From: Glycera tridactyla
Lineage: Eukaryota
NCBI GenBank assembly: GCA_965644265.1
Contig: OZ286472.1
Coordinates: 53,382,001 to 53,446,000, forward strand
DNA length: 64,000 bases
Direction: 5' to 3'
Below, piece by piece: positions 40,128 through 50,300 of the stretch. Both the position numbers and the translations under genes were made by a program. Each line of letters opens with the position of its first letter. Within the stretch, counting starts at the first letter, position 1. Below the pieces are notes generated by a model. The model was not told the DNA's origin, made no database searches, and worked only from the letters and a program-made list of their open reading frames with translations.

Positions 40128-41062
40128 GTCAGTGTCACGGTCGATCCAGTTCCGGGGAGTGGCAAACTGCGGTCGGCAAAAACTATCTCAGAACGCGATA
40201 TTCCCAACAATTATATCGATCAGAACCAGCCTATGGAAGCTAGAGATACTTGCCATTTTGTCGGTTCTTGATTTATAGGCGCACCAGGATTCAACAGTGT
40301 TCAAAACGGTAATTAAACAGAATAAATACGGGATCGCCTACCACACAACCGGATTCCTGAGTACTACGTCACGGAAAATGGGGCACTTCTAGTTCTCCTT
40401 ATTGACGCGCAGGGGCGCTAGGCGAGCGTATTCGAGATCGATCATTGTGTTTCCCCGAGTGCGCTAGATTTAGTCATTCAAGAGCGGTTTGTTTGATTGT
40501 TTGTTTGAGTTTAACATCACTTAAACCAGCATGGGTTATATCGGACTGAAAAAAAAACCTGAAAATGCTGAAGAATAGAGTCACTGGCCTGCCGGGGGCC
40601 GTCCACACTCTTTGCGAAAGAATGTCCCGAGTGTCATGTACGTTGAGAGCGTATGCGTCAAGTAGCTAGGTCACGGGGACACACGAGTGGCCTCGCCACG
40701 AGACGCATACGCTCTCAACGTACACAACACGAGAAATATTCTGTATTTATCATCCGGTTATTGGATAGAAGAATGTATTACGTTAAATTTGCCATTTAGA
40801 TTGTGAAAAACGGACCAGCAGTTCATGAGCTACAGCGATTTTTCTAGAGGCATCTTTCCCAGTTAGTCCCGTGACGCTATACACAAATTGAATGCGCGAC
40901 ACTGCCAGTTGACCCTTGACCTCGATTGTTCTATGGTTACATGACGCGCAATGTAACCTCAAAAATTACACAATCCATACGTACATGCATGCTGCGCAGC
41001 GATTACATGCACGCTACAAGCGGCATCGGATGATAAAGCAGTGGATCTTTAACGTGTGTCAA

Positions 41063-41735
41063 CAGGTCAGGCTCCGCACATAGATTTACGTGCCGAGATA
41101 TTTCTAGTTCCTCCTCCGGTGTAACGTAGTGCAAGCGGACACGTTTTTCTTTGTATCGCGGTTGTCAGCATAAACTGATGGGCGTACTGTGTGAACAAGC
41201 GGGCGCTGCCGGATTCGGCCCTCCATCTACCGGCGAACCCTGGAGTTGTAGACGCAAAACACAAGATGGCGGGTCGAAATACGCTCAAAATTCGGACATG
41301 CTGATCTAAATCCTCATTTGCTCAAAAATGGCACATAGGATCGAAAATCGGCACATGGAATCGATAGAAAACAACCTAATGTACATATAGTCACATTGAA
41401 TACAACCGCCAGACTAATAGCAACAATTGTGCAGGGGTTGGAAGGTCTAGTTTCAGCCAGTTTGTTTACCTCTGCTTGACTTTGAACCCTACTCACTTCG
41501 CACAGGTGAGAGGAATCGGTATCGTTTTGATCTAGTGGACAGGGGACGAGCATGAATAAATTATAAATCAACTAATCAGAAGTGGCGTTATAAATCATAC
41601 TTGGAGAGAGGACGAAATGTAACACGAATTTGAATTGGCCGGACCCACTTCCGGTTCCTGATTTCGGCACGTAAATTTACGTGCCGCACATATTTTTACG
41701 CGCGGCACGTATTTTTACGCGTGGAGCCTGGCCTG
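41063..41735. mobile_element. CAGG-ended MITE, 5-bp TSD
   Basis: GTCAA|CAGGTCAGGCTCCGCAC..TTTACGTGCCG ... CGGCACGTATTTTTACGCGTGGAGCCTGGCCTG|GTCAA. Confidence 0.85.
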
Positions 41736-42203
41736 GTCAAGGAAGAGATTCCTATCAACACAGCCCGCCTTTGATATCCCAGTCGGCGTGCACTGGGCTC
41801 AGAATAGCCAACTTAAGAGAAGGCCGGTGGCGACATCCAGCGGCAGCGGATGCGTTTCTAACAAGACAAACAAACGACCACGCCATATTGAACCGTATTC
41901 ATTGCCATCGAGAGTCACTTCAAATTTTAGGTTTTCATATTCAATTCGATATACATGCATATACAAATATGAATATGGAAACTGTCATCACCATGGTAGT
42001 GGGCAAGGTTGCAGCTGTCGCAACCACCATCGTCTGCATGATAAGTTTAAGAAGCCTTTTATGAAAAGATTGAAAGTACATGTATATTCCAGAATATCGT
42101 GATATGAATTGTCCTTCAGTGATTACAAAGTCCCATCAGTGTGTGTGTGTGGGAGGGAGGGGGGTGTTGGCTGGGTGGATGGATGACTACCATTATTGTT
42201 TTA

Positions 42204-42204
<1 letters not shown>

Positions 42205-42262
<58 letters not shown>

Positions 42263-42275
42263 ACACACACACACA
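42205..42275. repeat. (CA)n microsatellite
   Basis: Direct reading. Confidence 0.98.
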
Positions 42276-42597
42276 CTGATAAGACTTCGTAGTCACTGAA
42301 GCATGATAGCTTGTGCAGCTGTATTCCAGATGTTTTTTACACATCCCCACCCGACAACCGGGACTGTCTTTCTTTGCTTTTTGAATTTACTGTTCCCTTC
42401 GGAAATCAAACTTTCACCTTCTTTTAGCACTTTCAAGTCCGGACTCAAGACCAACTTGCTCACTCTCGCATTCCCAACATGACCATATGATTCAAGGTCT
42501 GTCTGCATGTTCACAAGTATACGATGTCAACGACAAAGGAGACGATGACGATGATGATTATCATAGTAGTAGCCATTGTCGTCATCGTAATCGTAAT

Positions 42598-42647
42598 CCT
42601 CCTCCTCCTCCTCCTCCTCCTCCTCCTCCTCCTCCTCCTCCTCCTCC
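42598..42647. repeat. (CCT)n microsatellite
   Basis: Direct reading, ~17 units. Confidence 0.98.
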
Positions 42648-44539
42648 TTCTCCCGCTTGTCGTCCTCCTTCTCGTCTGCTTCCTATATCTGGGGTAAGTC
42701 ATACAGTGTGTCTTTGGACATTTCCTCTCTAACAACAACAATAACAATATTGATAATATTAATAATATAATTGATGATGATAATATTATCAATATTGATA
42801 CCAATGATAAAGATGGTCAAATGAAAATTCGGTTGAGAGAGGGTCATTCCCTACTTCTTGTCTCACACAAAGTTCTGTTTGATGTAATGATGAAACAATC
42901 AAACATCGCCGACATTTGTGTGATGTTTCAATCAAAGCGAACGGTTGTAGTGGGTGGTGGGTGTGAACAATGGTACCAGAAAAGGTCACTTATTTTGTGA
43001 TTAACTGTAATCGTTCGTTTTAAAATAAAGATTTATTACAATTACAATTAAACCTCTTTTACCCCCACATTGAGCCTGCATTTTTGTGCCCTCCCTGCCT
43101 GCCTCCTGACTTCATCACAATCACATCATCATTCCTCTTCATGTCCACTTCTGCAACCATAAATTACTCAAACATAGCAACTCAACAGGCTCTGATAAAA
43201 GTCACACATGAGCTATGATGGTGTGGAAGCCATTGCTCAACGGTACGCTATGATTCTGTGCAGGCCACAACCCAAAACATGTCCGAAATACTTTGCTGAT
43301 TGTGGGTTCCCCACTGGTACCAATGCTCATCAATAGCCAGTGACAGAAGCACTTGCTCAGGGTCACTCAGTTGCTAGGGATGGTTACCGCGGTGCCCCCG
43401 TTCGCGACGCTCACCGTACCTTCTTGCAAGAGGTCTATTGCGCACTGACACGTAGGTAGTCGTGCTCGGACTCGGTTTCAAATGTTATGATCAATTAATC
43501 AGACTCGCCAGTGATTGATTATCGACTAAATAATCGGAGTTAAGATTCATGTAGCTGACCTCACAATGCTGAAGATTCGCTATGAAATCATAGATTTGTA
43601 ACCATAATTTAGTGTATTAACAATGACTCCCCTAGTAAACATGACCGAAATGGGCCATTTCTGGTTTTATTCTGGCATTGTATGGCAGAAATGACTTATT
43701 GTTTGCCATTTAGTGCCTCAAATGGCCCATTTTTGGCTGTCATTCTCAAGCCAGATATGGCTTGCCATAAGTCAGCCTGAACTGAGCCATTTCGCAAGCT
43801 TCAACGCCATCTATTGACTGCCAGTGAAAAACACTAGTTCAGTGGATATGGCACATGGTGCTGCTCATGCATTCATTTGGGCAGTTGGGTCTGCATTGCT
43901 GGTTTGCATGAGGATGTATCAACAACAGGAGAGAAGTTCTCAAGACACATCAGGCATAACAGTAGGTATCAAAGACATTGGAGCCAATTATATCTGTCTG
44001 AAGTTAAATATTATGATCATGTTTGTGATAACTGACAGTAGATTGTGATGCACAGTTGCCTCATCTTGGCGGATGTATTGACGATGTGGTTCGAAATGGC
44101 AAGCCATATCAGAAGCATTTCCATACCATTTCAATGTCTTGCCTTTTCTACTGACACTATGTCTGACACATGTTGTGCTCTGAACAGTCATGATGGGATT
44201 CTGCTTAATACTGGGCATGGTTGAAGCAATGTTGACTACTTTATTCATAGATTGTTCTGTATCTGGAGGTTCCATTGTAAGATATTGTAAGCTCAGATTA
44301 TTTGTAATACATTGTATATCAAGCACATGTCAGTGTTCTTTGATAAAAACTTACTTCCCTATACTGTATTTTTGTTTGTGTTTATGCTGTGAATATGCTT
44401 CGAAAACAAACCTATGATGACAGGCTGATTGGGTAATGGATCTTCTATGGTTTGGGGAAAGAAAGCTAAATTGATATCATCTGGCCCATATCTGGCCCAG
44501 TTATGGCTGACCAAGCTGGCCTATTTCAGGAATGGATAT

Positions 44540-45168
44540 GGCAATGAAATGACTTGCCACAAATGGCGCTCCTGCCGCCGGCTCCCCGATCCCAGCTCGA
44601 GTATCACATACGCATGTCGTTCTGTTGATTTCTCCCGAGTAATCGAATGCTACCCTGAATCGTGCACGAAACTGAGTGACGTTTTACGCAAAACATACAT
44701 TGACAGGTACTTCTTCTGCTGTTTTTTCCTTGCAAAAGTCGTCTTTGGCGACTGGTCAGGGCAAAATACGTGGATAATTTTCTCTCTAACTCTGCTTTCT
44801 GTTTGAGCCTGAATAAATATCCGAGTGTGATGAATGAGTTTTCGCGATCGCCTTGCGTTTTCCAACCGGTGTTTACATAAGCAGGGGCCGGCTAGACGGG
44901 TTACGTAACCCGCAAGTTGACGCTTGTATGCGCAGTGCGAGTTGTTTCCTCGGACTGACCCGCCCACTTCTTATCGATCGGGAACACGGAGTCATATGAC
45001 CTTTTGACTGCTGTAATCAGCAGTTGCTTTTTCTATCTCATGGACACCTGTTGACGACATTTTTGACTAGACACTGATTTGATATTTGTTCTAGCCTCAC
45101 CGATATTGATACCAGTCGCTTGTGTTGCACAACGTATTCAATAGCCAGCGGTGGGTGGAAGCGTGACA
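44540..45168. promoter_or_regulatory. Putative CpG-rich promoter / 5-prime region of DHRS12, possibly bidirectional
   Basis: Local CpG enrichment without a TIR/TSD pair, immediately upstream of the DHRS12 start exon; palindrome GTTACGTAAC; acceptor-like atttgttctag at 45094. Confidence 0.4.
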
Positions 45169-45230
45169 ATGTCGACATCTAACTACAGAAAAGTTGTCTG
45201 GTATATGAAGGGGCGCAAGGAATACACAAA
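45169..45230 (+). CDS. DHRS12: DHRS12 first coding exon (MSTSNYRKVVWYMKGRKEYTK)
   Basis: ATG at 45169; AA|gtaagt; phase 2 joins 55613; resembles the human N-terminus MSLYRSVVWFAKGLREYTK. Confidence 0.92.
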
Positions 45231-45334
45231 GTAAGTAGGTTAGCCAAGCATAACCACCCAACACACCAAGGAAGATGATTAATTCTGTTGTCCACGCTCC
45301 ATTCCAGCATTGCACTCTCATCTTCAAATGCCGT

Positions 45335-46375
45335 CACTCACTCATTCCTCCACTCTCCCCTTATCTCCTTCACTCACTCACCCACTCCTTCTCTCACTCA
45401 TTTCTCATTTCCTCCACTCACTCACTCGTCCACTCAGTTACTCACTCACCCAACAACCCACTGACTCACAGGTACTTCACTCACTCCTTATCTCTTTCAC
45501 TCACTCCTTATCTTCTTCACTCACTCACTCCTTATCTCACTCATCTCTTCACTCACTTACTCCTTCTTATCTTCTTCACTCAGTCACTCACTCATACCTT
45601 CACTCAGTCACTCTTCATACTTCACCCACTCACACATTCACCCTCTCAATCAATCAATCAATCAATCAGTCTGTTACTCACGCACCCAACAACCTACTCA
45701 CTCACTCCTTATCTCTTTCACTCACTTCTTATCACCTTCACTCCCTTCTCTCACTCATCCCTTCACTCACTCCTTATCTCCTTCACTGAGTCTCTCACTC
45801 ATACCTTCACTCACTCACCCCTTCACACTTTCACTCTGTCAATCAATCAATCAGTCAGTTACTCTCACACCCAACCACCTACTCACTCACTACTTATCTC
45901 TTTCACTCACTCCTTCACTCACTTCTTCTCTCACTCATCCCTTCACTCACTCCTTATCTCCTTCACCCAGTCTCTTCCTCATACCTTCACTCACTCACCC
46001 CTTCACTCATGCACCCCCTCACCCAACCAATCATTCAATCAACCACTCCTCCTCTCTTTCACTCACTCTCTCCTTCACTCATTCATTCCTCCACTCAGTC
46101 AGTTACTCACTCACCCAACCACCCACTCACTCACTCACTCACTCTTTCACTCACTTCTCAACTCTTTCACTCACACTTTTTCTCCTTCACTCACTCCTCC
46201 ACTAACTTACTCTTTCACTCACTCCTTATCTCCTTCACTCAGTCACTCACTCATCCCTTCACTCATTCACCCTTTCACTCACTCACTTACTCACTCACTC
46301 ACTCACTTATTCACTCACTCACTCACTCACTCACTCACTCACTCACTCACTCACTCACTCACCCCTTCACTCAGT
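45335..46375. repeat. Degenerate (TCAC)n low-complexity array with higher-order units
   Basis: CACTCACTC repeats; CTCACCCAAC..CTCCTTATCTCTTTCACTCAC blocks recur about every 190-240 bp. Confidence 0.95.
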
Positions 46376-47307
46376 CAGAATAGATCTTGGGCAGTATTTG
46401 CTTGCTGGGTGAGACGTTCATTCGGAAATGACAAAACATTATCAAAATACAGTAACTACTTCCTACATGTACAATACATTTGATATAGTTGTATGTCACT
46501 GATCAAGTAAAGTGGTAAATGCTTAAGCTGTTTGAGAGGTAAGTACAGATGATATCAAGGGAACTATCTTATGTAGAAATGAAATTCACAGGAACTAAAT
46601 ACTCAAAAACAATAGTCAATGTGTTCAAGCTATGTGATTTTTACCTCGCCTCGACGAAGTCGAAGAGAGGTAATGTCCTCGCATCAGCGTCCGCGTCTGC
46701 GTCCGCGTCCGCACTGCTGCAATGTTTTGTGTCAAAGTTTTACGTCAATGTTTTTTTCAAAGTTTTTCTCTAACCCTTCTACCATCATCAGATCTTGTGC
46801 ACATGTGCTATAATACCTCAGGAATGATATAAAGAGGGCACTTTTACCACAGTCCACTGCATCAAAGTTTTACGTCAAAGTTTTTCATGGGAGTCTCTAG
46901 CTCAGCAACTATGGCCCCGACCACCACCAGATTTCAGACACACATACTCCTGAGTATTGGGAAAAGTGTCCATCCATTCAGCCAGCATTATACCAGTTTT
47001 ATATCATATTTTTGGCTGAAAAATGCATATTTTTGGGGTATGGACTTGCGTCAAAGTTTTAAGTCAAAGTGTTTCATGGAAGTCTCTAGCTCAGGAACTA
47101 TGGCCCCTACAAGCACCAGATTTCATACACACATACTCCTGAGTATTGGGAAAAGCGCCCATCCATCCATCTAGCATTTTACCAGGTTTATACCATATTT
47201 TTGGCTGAAAAATGCATATTATTGGGGATATGGACTTCATGTCAAGAGTCTGTTAGAGTCAGGTAACTCCACAACTGTGGCCCCTACCATCACCAGTTTT
47301 CATACAC

Positions 47308-50300
47308 GATTGACGGACGTTTCGGCCAACGGCGTTTCGGCTTCGTAAGTTTCGGCCGGCGGACGTTTCGGCCAACGGCGATTCGGCCAACGGCGCCGGA
47401 CAATTCGGCCAGCGCTGTCTCTCTTCCTCTCTCTCTCTTTGCTGGCTGGTAGCCTATCAGACCTGTTGTAGTAATCAGAATACATGTGCTCATGATCTGT
47501 TGGTTCCTGTGTTTACTTGTGTAACGCCACGTTTTTGAACATGTGACGTTTGTTAGAATAACATGAACAATATAGGGATTTCTGGTAGCGGAATTCGCGG
47601 AATTCCTCTTTTGAGGCCCGCGGCACTAGTTTAACGCTACTAGATTGATAATTATTTCTTCCTACTCCAGAAGCATGAGATAGTTTCACTTCTATTAGTT
47701 GAAAAACAGTTGCAATCCTGTTAGTTTTCTAATATTAGGAGTTTCACCTATCTGGTTGTTGGTGTGGCAACTAGAGTTCGAGTTACACGCAGTGTACTCG
47801 CCGTTCGCGGCGGGTGCCCAGCTTGCAGTGTTTCTAGGGTGAAACAGTAAAAATGCGATATCTCCATGAATAATGGACGTAGGAAGACCATATTTTTACA
47901 CGATACGTATCTGTATTAGGGCTAAAGATATCCCGAAGATGGGAAGTGTATCTTTTGAGGCAAAATTGTTAGTCCGTGGGATAGACCGTTTATCGGACGG
48001 TTTTTTGCCAACATAGTTGATCACACAGTATAGTGAACGACTCCCTGAGCAGGAGGAGCTCGGAGTCGCGCAGGAGGAAAGTGATCTGCAATGTACATGC
48101 AATGTACATGTTTTCTCAGAAAATCTTCTGTAATTGATCTAGAAAAGTCTCGAGCGAATACTTTCGAGGTAGCTGACTCGAGGAGCTTGACATCGCTTCT
48201 CCCGCTCTTTTTTCCCGCTCTTTGCTGGCTCTTCAGGACGGATACATAAAAGTATTCCAGACAGGAGTTCTGGCACTTGGAAATTCTGTCCTGAAGAGTA
48301 CGCACCGGAGCTGAGGGAGTCGGGAGCAGAGAACATCTTGCTTCTCCAGTATCGCTGCACTGGAATAGAAACTATGGACTCCACTATATCGTCCTGAGCT
48401 CTACTACATCCAGTAAGTGTTCATGAGATTTAGAAATGTTTTAGGATCCTTTTAGGAGGCTTTATTAGGAGTCATTTTCCCCATTTGCCCAAATGGCCAT
48501 TTTTAGTATCATGCCATTTCATGTCATCGGATCTTCCGTGTTTTGTATTGAATGTACCATCTTTCGAGCATACGTGGTCAAAATCTAGAATTTGCATGTT
48601 TTTGGATGATTTTGGATCATTTTGGATGATAGGATTTTGTTCCATAAATGCCGTCCTGATCCAAACAACTAGCTGATAATTCTCGCGGATATTGGTAGTT
48701 CTATCTGTTTCTGTTAATTCCCTGTGCTGTTCTGGTGATTTTGGAACAAGTGGAACTGCGTGGAACTATGCCGTGTTCCTCCTGCGTTGTTCCCGGTGCA
48801 GTACGCCTGTTTGGGTGGAACAGGGCTATGCAGGAATTCGTAATATAGTATTTAACGCTTGGACTCACTGAATCCTCCGGGTGAGGGAAGCTGTGTGTAT
48901 GAACTGCTAACACGTCTCAATATAGCTCCTACCGATCAGATTCTGATCATCTGTGTAATATATCGGATTTCTGTGTGAATTAGATGATTGAATCATTCAA
49001 AATTCAATTATATTCACGGGATTTCTTTATAGGAATAATATTGTGAAAGGAATATTTCTGTAAGATCATTTTCAGTTGAAATATCAGCAGAGACGACTGT
49101 GTCTTTTCTCTCTGAATCTGTGTGTTTTTAGACCCGGCTACTCTACCAGTCCATGTGGGCTGAGTTGAAATGAACATGCCTATCTCGGTATGACAATGGC
49201 AGCTCGCTGTCATGTGTACTAACCAGGTCACCGCTAAGGTGAACTCTGCTGCTGGTTTCGTAAATAGCACACACAGCTGATCTGTTTTCTTTAGCTCCCT
49301 GATCATATGAATAGAGATCCAGTCAATCTTTTCTTTTCCGAATGAAATTCTTTATTGAAAAACGTATTTTCATTGAAACGGCTTGTTTTGAGAAGGTAAT
49401 AATCTAACGTCGTTCATATGGTGTGAAAATCTGGAATTCTTTGACGGTTAACCGATCGATTAATCGATTAATCGACCGATCAAATATGCTTCAATTTCAG
49501 TATTCTGAATTAATTTCGGCTTGCAAAAAGCTTGTTTATAAACGATCAAGTGCTAGGTTGATGGTATTTCAATTTTAATGACCACAACTGTCGTATTTGT
49601 CAATTGAAGATCCGGTGAAATGTTTTTGGTGCTCGTACTTGTAATAGACATGTAGGGGAGACGACAAACCGAGACTTGTTTTGTTTACACGTAGTGCCTG
49701 CTTGTGATTCATGTGCCCGGCCTGAATTTAGACTTTTTCAGAGGAGGTCCACTCTGATAAGCTTGATTCTGTCCTAAGCGCCGTATATCCTAAGCACGGA
49801 CCCGTCCTAAGCTTGCTTAGTCTTGTGTAATGTCCATGAGTCCCGTGACCTACTTTTTGAGGAAACCTCCGTATTGAGACCAACCTGTCACATGTGACCA
49901 CCTTGAGATTTTTAGTCTATATGATCTGCGACATCACGTTGGACTGTATTTTCGAAGGAAAATTCTTTTGGATTGATTTTAGACCTTCAAAATGCTGCAT
50001 TTGTAATTGTTTAGCTCTCGTAATGAATAAGCTGTTATACGCTGTCATTTGAGCTCCGAAATACTTTCTGAGCGATCTGGAATGAACAGCTGTTTCTGAC
50101 TGATCGGTCAGATGTAAACAATCCGCCATTTTGGATTTCCATCCGCCACATGTATGAGCCTCACTTTGAGCCTCCGATCCACTTTACACTTTTCAACATG
50201 TTTGAAACTTTTTCACTTTTGGATAAAAGCTTTTAGATGCTTTAGAATTGATCGGAATTGTTTCTCGTCGTGTGCGGATTGCTTTTATAGAACTTCAGTG

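Noticed and set aside
42487-42804. Poly-Pro / poly-Arg ORFs
   Set aside because: Translation of the (CCT)n microsatellite.
45275-46483. 402-aa and overlapping S/H/L/T-rich ORFs
   Set aside because: Translation of the (TCAC)n array, which lacks stops; it lies in DHRS12 intron 1.
47520-47600. TGTAACGCC as an LTR start and TGGTAGCGG as a primer-binding site
   Set aside because: No matching CA end with TSD, and no second LTR copy found.
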